Assembly: GCF_018350175.1 (NCBI RefSeq)
Contig: NC_058368.1
Location: 81,408,001 to 81,472,000 of the forward strand
From: Felis catus
Taxonomy: Eukaryota
Reading direction: 5' to 3'
Length of the DNA stretch: 64,000 bases
Within the stretch, counting starts at the first letter, position 1; the number at the start of each line of letters is the position of its first letter. A model generated the notes under the pieces. It searched no databases and was not told where the DNA came from. It saw only the letters and a program-made list of their open reading frames with translations. This document shows, piece by piece, positions 38,205 through 49,609 of this stretch. Position numbers and translations under genes: made by a program.

Positions 38205-38386
38205 CAGTGTTTTCAACCTGGTTCGTCTGGGGTTACTCTGTGTGCTGCAGGGGGCGGGGGGCTGGGAGCACCCCTGGCCTCTAAGCAGCAGATGCCGGGA
38301 GCTCCCCAACCCAGCTATGATGACAGAGCACCCCCAGACCTTGGAAAAATGTCCCCGTGGGCAACTGTCCTGCCTGAGACCCAGTG
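38205..38386 (-). mobile_element. MER20-like hAT-Charlie MITE
   Basis: cagtgttttcaacct start, gcacccctggcctcta...agatgcc, ccagaccttggaaaaatgtcccc, ends gagacccagtg. Confidence 0.75.
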
Positions 38387-38705
38387 CGCAGGGGTGAGTG
38401 GACAAGTGGGGCGAGCTGGCCGCAGGGCCTGTGCCCCAGTACCCGGGAGCCCCCAGCAGTCCCTCAGAGGGGTCTGTGGCCCGCTCGCCACTGCCACCAG
38501 CCACACGTGTGCCGTCCGGTTGTGGCCATGCTCACGGGCACCTGGTGTCACCGTTTAACCAAAGGCGATTTGCTGGAGAGCACGAGCATCTCAAGTGGCA
38601 AATGGTGCCGAACACCGTGTGTGCCGAGGGCTTCCCGTAAGTCCCTTCGGCAACATGTCTGTTGCCCACTCCTACGATGGGCTGTTTGTTTCTTACTGTT
38701 GACTT

Positions 38706-38890
38706 CTATTTTACTGTGTTATTTTTGAGAGGGGGGGACAGAGAGACAGAGGGGGAGACAAGAATCCGAAGCAGGCTCCAGGCTCCAAGTGGTCAGCCCA
38801 GAGCCTGACAAGGGGCTTGACCCACAAACTGTGAGATCATGACCTGAGCCGAAGTCGGACGCTCAACCGACTGAGCTGCCCAGGTGCCCC
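38706..38890 (-). mobile_element. CanSINE
   Basis: agaatccgaagcaggctccaggctc body, ends caggtgcccc; degenerate TSD tctt....ttgactt. Confidence 0.92.
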
Positions 38891-39647
38891 TCTTGCCATT
38901 GACTTTTAAAAGTTCTCTGTGTGTCCTGGACATCAGTCCTTTGCTGGAGGTGAGTGGTGAGCGTTCTCTGCCGTCGGCCGGCTTTCACCTGCTTAGGAGT
39001 GTCTCCCACGGATAACCAGTCTTCACTTTTGATTAAGCCCAACTATCAATGTTTCGTAATAAGAATTATGCTTTTGGGCCTCAGTTATCAACTCTGCCTG
39101 TTCCCAGATCACAAACCATTTCTCCTAAACTTTCTTTAACGTTTTATGCTTTACATTTAGTTCTAAGATCTATTTTAGTTAATTCTGGTGTAAGGTGTGA
39201 GGGTCATGTCAAGGTACTTCTTTAAAAATGGATGACCAATTTTTCCAACATAATTTGCTGAAAAGACTATCGTTTCTCCACTGAAATAGCTTTGCAGCCT
39301 CATTGAAAACCAAATAGTTGCACCACATGGCTCTGCCTCTGGACTCTGTGGCCTGAATCCCTTCCGCGATATCACGCTGCCTTGATCACTTCAGCTTTAC
39401 GAAAAGTCTTCAAGCCCAGTGGTGTATTCCTCCGACTTTATTCTTCTTTCTCAAAAAAGATTTGGCTCTTCCATTTTCTTTGACTTTCCATGTAAATTTT
39501 GAAGTCAGCTTCTCCATATCCATGAAAAGTCCGCCATGGATTTTTATCAGAATTCCATTAGATCTATAAATCAATTTCAGAAGAATTTGTATCTTTACTA
39601 TATTGAGTCTTCTGGTTTATGAACATGGTATACATCTCCATTTCTTT

Positions 39648-39879
39648 TTTTTTTTTTTTTTAATTTTTTTTTTTCAACGTTTTATTTTATTTTTGGGACA
39701 GAGAGAGACAGAGCATGAATGGGGGAGGGGCAGAGAGAGAGGGAGACACAGAATCGGAAACAGGCTCCAGGCTCTGAGCCATCAGCCCAGAGCCTGACGC
39801 GGGGCTCGAACTCCCGGACCGCGAGATCGTGACCTGGCTGAAGTCGGACGCTTAACCGACTGCGCCACCCAGGCGCCCC
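39648..39879 (-). mobile_element. Young feline CanSINE
   Basis: Intact CpGs, long T-tail, perfect 17-bp TSD tacatctccatttcttt at 39631-39647 and 39880-39896. Confidence 0.97.
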
Positions 39880-42000
39880 TACATCTCCATTTCTTTAGGT
39901 CTACTTTGATTTCTTTCAGGAGCATTTTGGAGTTGTCAACATATAGAGCCCATGCTTATTTTGTGAGATTTACACCAAAGTATTTCATCTGGGGAAGAGC
40001 TGTACTCTTCCCAAAGTGTAGTTCCTGTAGAGTAACCCTAAGTTACTATAGTTTCCATATCCAGAATATATTTCTAGTAATTCTCTGAGTCCTTGACCCA
40101 GAGTGGGTTTCTCAAGAAAGGATTTGATTTTCTTCCTTTCAGGCATGATCCACCCAGGAGCACTCTACATTTTCAGCTTTTCAAACAATCACACATTTAG
40201 TAAATGGCTGGGCCTCCAGCCACACGATCCAGGCTTGTGGCCAGGAGCTCTCAGGAAGACTTCTCATGCTCCCCTCAGAGCCGCGGCTGGGGCCGGCACT
40301 CATCCTTAGGGTCACCCGCTGTGGGCGGGGGCTTCTACTGACTAAGAAGGAGATCGTCCTGGGGTCCTGGCTTCAGGCTCAGGCCACTGTGCTCAGTCTC
40401 AGGCTGTCTCCCTCTGAGCGTGAGGTCCATTCAAGTCAGGCCAGGACCGCCAGAGACTGGCAGATACCTCGGGACAAACATCAGGGTCCAGGCATGTGGG
40501 TCTCCCTGACTTGCCCATGTGTCTCTGCCCGGTCAATTGCCTTCATTGTCCTCATGGCCAGCCATTCACCAAAAGGGACTGTTTTCTTCTAATTTATCTG
40601 GCACATTAAGTGTGCTGTCCTAGGACTAGCTTTTTGAAAAGCTAATCTACCGTATTACCAGAAACAAAGTCCAAGCAAATAGACTTAAATATTTAAATCA
40701 TAAGCATAGCCATGATTTTATAAGAACTTCTAGCAGATGACCTGGCGTAACCTACCTCATTCTGTAGAGATTCAGACATAGAACAAGTAAGCACCAAGCC
40801 AGCTGCTTGGGGGGCAAGGGAGGGGGTGCGGCACAGCCCAGGTCCACAGGCCTCTCGCCCAGGCTCTGTGCGCCTGTGCGGCTGTCTTGCTAGCTGAGCT
40901 CCCCTTGACCCAGCAGGGCAGGTGGAAGGGGCCGTGCCTGGGGGCCATGCATTCTCCCAGTGGCTCTGGGAGGCAGGTGCCCAGCGGCATGCCAGAAGTT
41001 TCCCAGGTGAAACGGAAGGCAGCCCCGGCAGAAACACGTGTGTGCGCGCATCACGTGACGTCAGACCTCTGCACACCTGTGCGTGGCCCCCAAACCGGGA
41101 AGCTGGTGAAGCCCCAAGAACACACTACCTTTCTGATGGCGTAGGTCAGATGGCTGTAGCACAAAATTGATCCCGTTTTGTGATTCGGAGGTGTTTTCTT
41201 GGCCGAAGTCAGAGCGTGGCCCGCAAGTGCAGGCAGAGGCCGGGATTGGCGCCCTCTCTCACCCCAATGCTTGTCACCCCGGCACCTTGGGCACCCCAGC
41301 ACCCCAACACCCAACGCTTCATCTCGGGCCAGCGGCTTCCTGCGTTTCCGTGGCCGGATCTCAGCTTCGTGATGAGCACAGAGCGAAGCCTGGAGTTCGT
41401 GCCCCCCTTGCCTGGGGCCCCTGTCTCCCCGCCGGCATGGGGACTGACACCCTGTCCTTGTGGTGCCCCCCGGTTCTGGCCCAGAGGCCGGTGCACACTG
41501 AAGAGGCCACGCGCTGGCTCCTGGCGGCCGGCAGGGGGTCCTTGGCTTTCCATCAGGACCTCCTCCTAAGTGGGCATTCTCTCACTTGAGCAGAAATCAG
41601 GAGGAATCAGAGCAGGCTCCTGTGGAACTGTGTGTGATATGCTTTTTAAAAGCCCTCCAGAAATGGCCCCCCCACAGCACCCGTGATTAGGCGGGACGCA
41701 GTGACAATGATTTCCCCTCCAGGCCTCCGGGCACCGGGAAGAGGCTGCTTTCTGGCTGTTCCCGCGGGGAGGCCCTCCGGGGGGTGGGGAGGGGGGGAGG
41801 CTTGCTCCTGGCTCGCACCTCCAGCAGGATTCTCTGACATTCTTCCCTTTCTTCCAGATCTTCCCTCTTCTCCAAGACTGTTCCTTCCCCTCCCACAAAC
41901 CAAGTGATGGATGCCTCCTTCCTTTCTACTTTCCCACGGTCACCACCCTCCACCCCCAAGGGGGCCCCTGCCCAGCACACAAGTGTACTGCAAACCTCTG

Positions 42001-42252
42001 TCCTCCCTTCCCTCCTCCCTCCCCTCCTTCCTCCCTGCTCCCTTCCTTCCTCCCTCCTTACTTTCCCTTCTTCCTCCCTCCTCCCTCCTTCCTCCCTCCT
42101 TCCTTTCCTTTCCTTCCTCCCTCCTTCCTTCCTCCTTCCTTCCTCCTTCCTCCATCCTTCCTCCCTCCTTCTTCCCCTTCTTCCTCCCTTCCTCTTTCCT
42201 CCCTCCTTCCCCCTTCCTTCCTTTCCTTTCCTTCCTCCCTCCTTACTTTCCC
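42001..42252. repeat. Polypyrimidine low-complexity tract (CCT/CCTT)
   Basis: ~250 bp almost entirely C/T on the plus strand. Confidence 0.93.
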
Positions 42253-42644
42253 AGAGCCCTGAGTTCATGTTGCTGGCAGATCCATTATTTGCAAGCTTTT
42301 CCCATTTCCTATTGAGGTGATAAGTGCTCCCTCCCCCTGCTTTTTTCTCGCTCGTCTCTTCCACAGGATGCGGGTGGGTGTTCCTGCAAACACTCATCAC
42401 AGCCTTTGTTATTTTGGCAAGAGGAAAACAGGTGGAGCCTTTCTCCTGTCACAGCGACGATGAACATCATGTACCTGCCTGGATGGAGCCTTGGGTTCAA
42501 TCACGTGGAGCTGACCCCAGAAGGAGGGGCAGCTCTACATTACCTGCTCGTAACAATACCTGCTCTCCTCTGCTTAGCTCTTCAGCTGCGTGGTTCTCCA
42601 GGACACCATCTAGAGCACACAGACAGCCTGCACTCCAGCCCAAC

Positions 42645-42816
42645 CCCCGTGTCACACGGCCCTGTCCCTGATGTCACATGGCCCCTGCCCCCGTGTTACC
42701 CAGCCCCTGCCCCCATGTGACACAGCCCTGCCCCTGATGTCACATGGCCCCTGCCCCCATGGCACACGGCCCCTGCCCCTGATGTCATATAACACCTACC
42801 CCGTGTCACACAGCCC
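42645..42816. repeat. Minisatellite, ~22-bp unit, ~8 copies
   Basis: Unit approximates tgtcacacggcccctgcccccg. Confidence 0.88.
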
Positions 42817-43134
42817 ATCTCCCTCTCTAACAAGCAGTCAACAGAGCCAATGTCATTCCATTTCCTATTGAGGTGATCATCGCTCCCTCCCCCTGATCTC
42901 CAGTCCTCGGTTTCTCCACCTGCAAAGTGGACGAATTTGAACCAAGTTCCCTTTTGCCTTTAAGATTCCAGAGCCACATTAATCTCACTTTCAAGCTAAG
43001 GAGATAATTCTCATAAGTAGAGAAAACAAAGTGCAATGGTGGGATCTTGTTTCAGATGAAGGAGTCAGATTGGAACCCAAGAAGGACTTCGGGACCCTAG
43101 CATTACTTCATGACTTAAAAAGAAGAAAAGTCTT

Positions 43135-43350
43135 GGGGCGCCTGGGTGGCTCAGGCGGTTAAGTGTCCGACTTCGGCTCAGGATGACCCGAGGTTCGTGA
43201 TCTCGGGGTTCGTGAGTTCAAGCCCCGTGTCGGGCCCTGTACTGACAGCTCGGAGCCTGGAGCCTGCTTCGGATTCTGTGTCTCCTTCTCTCTCTGCCCC
43301 TCCCCTGTTCATGCTCTGTCTCTCTCTGTCTCAAAAATAAATAAACGTTA

Positions 43351-43398
<48 letters not shown>

Positions 43399-43402
43399 AA
43401 AG
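43135..43402 (+). mobile_element. CanSINE with (GAAA)n tail and internal duplication
   Basis: Head at 43135; c g(a/g)ggttcgtga duplicated; (gaaa)n ~43351-43400; no TSD seen. Confidence 0.93.
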
Positions 43403-43960
43403 ATCCGTGCAGTTCTACGTTTATGGCAGCATTGCCCACGACAGCCAGATTATGGAAGCAGCCCAAGGGGCCGTGGGTGGATGAAGGAGAAAGAAGGTGT
43501 GGTGTGTATACAAGAATATTACTCGACTGTGACAGAGAATGAAATCTTGCCATCCGTGACACGGGTAGACCTAGAGACTGTAATGCTGAGTGAGGTAGGT
43601 CAGACAGAAAAAGACAAATACCGTATGACTCACTCATAAGTAGAATCTAACAAAACAAATGCATAAACAAAGACCAGAATCAGAGCCATAAATATAGGAA
43701 CAAACTGAGGGTCGCCAGCGGGGAGAGGGTGGGAGCTGGGCAGCGGGAGGTCCAGGCTTCCAGGTATGGAGGGGATAAGTCACGCAGATGAAAAGGGAAC
43801 ACAGTACACTTGTCATGTTGTTACATTATGACAGTACAGTCAGTAATAACTCTGGGGGTGGATGGTAACTACACTTCATTGCGTAAGGTATACAAATGAT
43901 CAAATCACTATGTTACACACTTGAAACTAATATATTATTTGTCACCTATACTTCAATGAA
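43400..43960 (+). mobile_element. Carnivore L1 (L1_Carn-like) 3' end
   Basis: gaatgaaatcttgccat...taatgctgagtgaggtaggtcagacagaaaaagacaaataccgtatga...caaatcactatgttacacacttgaaactaatata. Confidence 0.88.
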
Positions 43961-43970
43961 GACAACTTTT

Positions 43971-44189
43971 AAAAATTTTTTATTTTTTAACATTTATTTA
44001 TTTTTGAGACAGAGAGAGACAGAGCATGAACGGGGGAGGGTCAGAGAGAGGGAGACACAGAATCTGAACCAGGCTCCAGGCTCTGAGCCGTCAGCCCAGA
44101 GCCCGACGTGGGGCTCGAACTCACGGACCGCGAGATCATGACCTGAGGCGAAGTCAGACGCTTAACCGACTGAGCCACCCAGGCGCCCC
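43971..44189 (-). mobile_element. CanSINE (SINEC_Fc-type)
   Basis: TSD atgaagacaactttt at 43956-43970 and 44190-44204. Confidence 0.96.
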
Positions 44190-45111
44190 ATGAAGACAAC
44201 TTTTTATTAACCAAGTAAGTGCATCCATGAGACAATATTTTGTAATCGGGATTATTCATGCCTACTGTAGCATCTTTTGGCGATAAGTGACTAAAAAGAA
44301 CCCCAAAAAACTTCTCAGTGGAGTTCAGGGTCAAGACAGCCTGTGTCTACAGCACCGCCAGGGCAGTGGTCCCTGCTGTCCCTCAGCCACAGCCCACATT
44401 GCCTCAGTGGTACCATGCTGACCCAGGACCTGGTTCTGTCGGCGTCTGATGCTGGCGGTGTTGGGGGAGGGGGCACTCAGGTGGATGTGACCGGGGGGGC
44501 GTCTTCACCACCATGACTCTTGGCCAACTTTGCTGCTCATGTGAGGCAAACCACAATACACTGAAATGCCAGGAAAGGAAACTGGAGATAAATTAGAGAA
44601 ATTCTGTAAGAGTTCTTTTTTGTTTTCTGGGTTGGTTTTTGTTTTTGTTTTTTTTTTTTTTTTTAACATGTGTCTTTTTTGTACTTGTTGCAAAAGCCCG
44701 TAAGTGAAGGAAAGCCGCACGGCCAAATCCTTTCTCTCCGACACTGTTCACCAAGGTGTGACCTGCTTTAAGAGAAGGTGATATTTAAGGAGAAAAACAC
44801 CTTCAGAGCAGAAACGTTAAGGATGACTATTCACATGTCAGAAAGATTTGCCACTTTACCGAAGATTCGTCACAGTGCTTTTTAAAGTACTCTACAAATC
44901 CAATGTGTTTTCAATGCCTTTCAATTAAAAGAACTGATTCACCCTCAACTTTATTTCAACGTTATTTCAACTTTACTTCAGTTTAAACATAATGCGATAA
45001 AAACATTGTTCTACTTTTCATTCAGGGGAATGTATTTCCCCACGGTTGATGGAAGCCCCCGACATTAAAGTTGACAGTGTGACCAGCAGGGAGAGCTGCC
45101 AGTGGTGCTGG

Positions 45112-45200
45112 AGCCATCCTGCCACTGACCAGTGGCAAGTCATGGGCCTCCAGCCTCAGTTTACCCATCTGTAAACTGGGGCAAAGATACTTGCCTACTG
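45112..45200 (+). mobile_element. MIR core
   Basis: ggcaagtca...gcctcagtttacccatctgtaaactgggg. Confidence 0.75.
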
Positions 45201-48200
45201 TGCCTGTATCTCAAAAAGTGTGACATGTTTAGAAAGGGGGGCAGCAGAGGCAGACAGGCAGGAGGGCTATTACTGTCCTGTCACTGTCCCGGGTCCTCGT
45301 GGGCGCTACAGCAACCCCAGACCGGCTTACCAGGTGCCGCGACTAGTTCTCCTCAAGACCATCTCCGGCCAGGAGGCCGTCGTGCTGTATCCTTGCTCAC
45401 CCTCCCTCAGAGCCTAGGCTGTCCGGAAATAATCTGATGCTTGCCATCTCACCTCATGCCAACCGGATGTCCCTGCACCAGCTCCTGCGGGGGACTGAAT
45501 GCAGACGAGGACCCTGTCCCACGCGTCTTGCCCCAGGGGTCCCATCAGTCGACTGACTTCACCCGCGACCACGGCATGGAGATAGGTGTGCATAGGAAAA
45601 CCAAGGCTCCCCAATTTCAGTGGCCTGTTCAAGCTCACACAGTGAGGAAGGCACATCAGGGACTCTGAATCCGGTCTTCAGGCCTCCGGATGCTAACGCT
45701 GTGCTTTGGCCTCGGAGTGAGGGGCCCCGGCTTCTGTCACAAGTGCTGCAGAGGGGAGCAGGCCGGCCTGCCCGCATCCACGGCTGCAGGACGATTTATG
45801 GCCCCACACGGAGCAGTGAGGTGGTCTCCCCGAACGGAGGACCTCTGGAATGATCCACACTCTTGTACGCGTCACATGTGGCCCGGCCGGTGGGCACCAA
45901 GCTGTTCACTTGCCCACGAGGCCCTGCTGTTCCCTCCCTCCTTCCTGCCAAGGACTGTTTTCCCGTCTGCTCCTGGGCCTGCACGGCCAACATTCCCTCA
46001 CGTTATGGTGACCGCACTGTGTGCTTCCTGGGAACACACACCGCCCGATGTCACTGATGCTGTGGTGGGGGTGTCTGAGGTCTGAGCAGAGCCACCCAGC
46101 TGGCAGCACACGGTCCAGGCCTCCACAGAAGTGAGTCAGGCCGTCCTGGTGTCCACACAGGGTCCAGGCCCCGGCAGAAGTGAGGACCAATTCAGGGCGT
46201 GTGATCCTTCAATATCCAGATGACCATGACTTTGCACAGAACCAGTGAGTGTCATGCGATGTGATGGCCGTCTCCTCCACATGCACCTGCAGTTACTGAT
46301 GGAGAGATGAAGCCCTGGGGTGAGGGTCCCGGTCGCTAGGGTCGTGTAGCCCCTCCACCCGGCCCCAGTCCGTAGGCTTTCCCTGGGCTGGAACGTCAGC
46401 AGCCCGGAGTAAATGGCGTGTCAGGCACGTTGAGCATGTCTGGTGTGTTTGGTGGGGCAGTTCGGCCTCCTGAAGTCCCGGAGGGAGGGGCTGTGCTCAC
46501 AATGCAGCCTGGGCTCACTGGACATGGGGAGTGTGGCTGGGGGGAGGGGTGCTTCTTTGATCTTCATTCCCCAGCCCCCAAATCTGAGCCCTGGTCACTC
46601 ACCCCTAAAAATATGTTTCTCTAAGCAACCGCTGAGGATTGTATTGATTACAAAGGGGTGGGGGCAGCAGAGGGAAGGTGACACCCCCCGCGGGGGAGGG
46701 AGGGAGTCTCAGGACAAAGGGATGACGGATGAGTACGTCCTGCCTAGTTTAGAGACACCGGTCCTGGGCCTGAGGCTCCCTGTGTGATGGTCCCTCAAGA
46801 TTTATCCCACTGCTTTGTCCCAAACCTCCCTGCTTTTTCCTTAGACTCCCTTCTGACCGCACATCCTTCATACACATGTGTGCATGCCCATGGAGATGCC
46901 CCTCGGTTCCACCCCCTGGTTCTGTGGGCCCTCCCAACGCACACTTAAATTATACAGGATGAGCCAGAGTCGGCAATTAGAGAAGGAATTCACAGCCAAG
47001 AGCTCAGGAAAGTGCATAAGGACAGGATGCTCGTAGGAAGAACGAGGGGCCCTCCTTGTCCCGCCTTTTCTGCAGGAAGAAAAAGCACACCCGGTAACCT
47101 TCGTGGAACTGATACACACAACTAGAAGGGTTAGCAAGCAGAAAACGAGGGTTTGCACAAAGGAAGACCCCGGTCCTGGTGCAGAGGCTTGACGACCAGG
47201 GCACGGACGCGGGGCCGTGCACCTGCTCTTAGAAAACTAGTCATTTAAACAGACACCAAATTCTGCGTTAATAATCAATAAGCCCTTTGATGAGAAACAG
47301 AGATGTCAGGAACGCTCACGACAGCAGCTGTAGCCAGAGGCCGGCACGGCTGCCTGCTGCAGACTGAGTCCAGTTCAGCTCAGGGACCTGAGGGGGACGT
47401 GCACGGTCCTGGGTTACATGACCGCTAACCCCTCACACGGTGCCCTCCCTTTCACCAGCGTCATTTCACTGGGAACCGCCCCCTCCAGTATCCTCTAAAA
47501 CACCATCTAAAAATCCTCGGAAAATCCTTCTTGCAGAAGGTGATGGCCCTATTGATTAAAGGAAAATTAGATTGAATTATTTGGGGAGACATAATGTCCA
47601 TCATCAGTTGAAACGTATGTTAAATTAATTCATTTGCTGATTTCAGAGCAGACAAATTAGGCACCACTGGGGAAAACCCTGTTACAAATAGAATCTCTTA
47701 AAAAGACGTATATTGCTTCTCTCCTATTATGTTATTCTTCCTCCCATCAACATTGCACACACACGCACACACACACGCTGACGGCTCCGATGTCACAGAT
47801 GCGGATTTTATCCCAACATTTGTGTTTCCACAAAGGCATTAGCTTGTGCTCGGGTGTGACGCACGCGCACCCCCGCCAGACCTGGGGCCCCCTCTCCTCT
47901 CGTTTTCCCCTCTGTCCGACCACAGTGTAAATGTCCCAGGACCACAAACTGTGTACTATGCTGTGTCTGAAATACGTGTCCCGTTGTGAGGCAGAAATGA
48001 AGCCCAGGATGAAAAGAAAACCTGTGTGGCTCTGTTTTTAGCAGGTGGTTTGAATACTACAAATTTGAGAGAGCTCCTCTGCCCCCACTCCCAGCTCTGT
48101 GCCTCTTCAATCTTGTCAGCTGTGAAATGGGTCTTTCTGGATCAGAGAGATGAAAGGTGGAGTCATGAATCAGCGGGGCTGACAGCCCAGCCAAGGTCGG

Positions 48201-48690
48201 GCGATGAGGGCTCCTTTGTCTGGGCCGAGCTGACCTCCTTGGGCCCGGAGGCCTGTGGGAACCGCCCAAGGAATGTGGCAGGCGGGGGGGCGGGAGGGAG
48301 AGACGCCGTGTCCAGGTCCTCCCTCTGCACCCCTTCTCCGTGGGCCCAGGCACGCAGCCACCGCTGTCCGCGCCTTCCGGGGCTCTGCAGACCAGACTGC
48401 GGGCTCCGCTGCCATCCACACCGGAGCCGTCGAAGGGCACGGGCCTGGGGTCCCGTGCGTGGGCTCCACTGGTGTCTGGAAAGGAGGGAGCCACGAGGTG
48501 AACCACTGAGAAGGGGAAGCTGGGGGCGGGGGGAGCTCTGGCGGGAAAGGAGCCTTTCCCTGGAGGCGAGTCTGCACAAACACAGCAGTTCCAAAGCCTG
48601 TTGCGCCCCAGCCAGGTCGGTCCATCTGCTCAGCACACTCATTTGGTTTATGATTAAAATTCTCCAGGAAATATTAACAGTCATTAAGCA

Positions 48691-48824
48691 GGGGGCGCCT
48701 GGGTGGCTCCGTCGGTTAAGCGTCCAACTTCGGCTCAGGTCACGATCTCACGGTACATCCCCTGCCCACGCTCTCTCTCTGTCTCTCAAAATTAAAAAAT
48801 AAACATTAAAAAATTAAAAAAAAA
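48691..48824 (+). mobile_element. CanSINE lacking its central region
   Basis: Head to gatctcacggt joined directly to the 3' CT region and A-tail. Confidence 0.9.
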
Positions 48825-49358
48825 TACCTTTTGTTTCCAGGAGGAGAAAAGGACTGTGTTTCATAGAACACGGTGTGGCCTTTGTTGTCTTAAATATCTG
48901 CACTAAATTGTCGGAAGCCCTTATTAATGTATTAATGTTGGGTTTTCATTGGTATTATCCTGCCTGGAGAAGAGTGTTTAAAATGAATATCCCAATTAAA
49001 TGGACGCAAACGCACATGCTAGTTATTTGAAGCTGAAATCCTGCCTCATGTTCTGAAAAAGTAGAAACTTCACATAATACACATTTGCTGAACGGCAGCT
49101 TCTGTTTTCCGAAAATCGTCGTTGTTAACGGATACTGTTTCCCTCGGGTTGTTTTGGAAATGCTTGTTCCTTCCTTCTCAGGGCTTGGTTGGCCTGCGTG
49201 CCTGGCTCTGGGTGGCCAGGCAGGCAGAAGGTGGTCGAGGGGCTAGCCTCGTGGGTGCCGCTGGTCCCTGAGAGCAAGAGAGAGCCCCCTCCCCGGGAGA
49301 TGCCCTCTTCCAGGTTGGGTGGCTATTTCATTAATGACTTTTTTTTTAACTAAAACAA

Positions 49359-49609
49359 TTTTTTTAATGTTTATTTATTTATTCATTTTTAAATTTATTC
49401 TTTTTTAATGTTTATTTTTGAGAGAGAGAGAGAGAGAGAGAGAGCAAGAGCAGGGGAGGGGCAGAGAGAGAGGAAGACACAGAATCCGAAGCAAGCTCCA
49501 GGCTCCGAGCTGTCAACACAGAGTCTGATGCAGGGCTTGAACCCACGAACCGCAAGATCATGACCTGAGCCAGTCAGACGCCCAAGCGACTGAGCCACCC
49601 AGGCGCCCC
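49359..49609 (-). mobile_element. CanSINE
   Basis: Doubled tttttaatgtttattt tail, (GA)n, ends gagccacccaggcgcccc. Confidence 0.94.

Larger units (their letters stand above)
37722..39995 (-). mobile_element. L1MC-like 3' UTR and ORF2 fragment carrying MER20 and two SINEs
   Basis: gtaaccaccaca, ctgtgaacatttctgtacagg, ttttccaacataatttgctgaaaagactatc, ctttccatgtaaattttgaagtcagctt, tttgtgagatttacaccaaagtatttca. Confidence 0.85.

Noticed and set aside
41687..42400. 237-aa G/R/E/K-rich ORF and its P/S/L/F-rich antisense ORFs
   Set aside because: Artefact of the stop-free polypyrimidine tract.
48026..48802. Longest ORF in the window (258 aa)
   Set aside because: GTG start, no recognisable domain, GC-rich with overlapping ORFs on both strands, and it ends inside a SINE.
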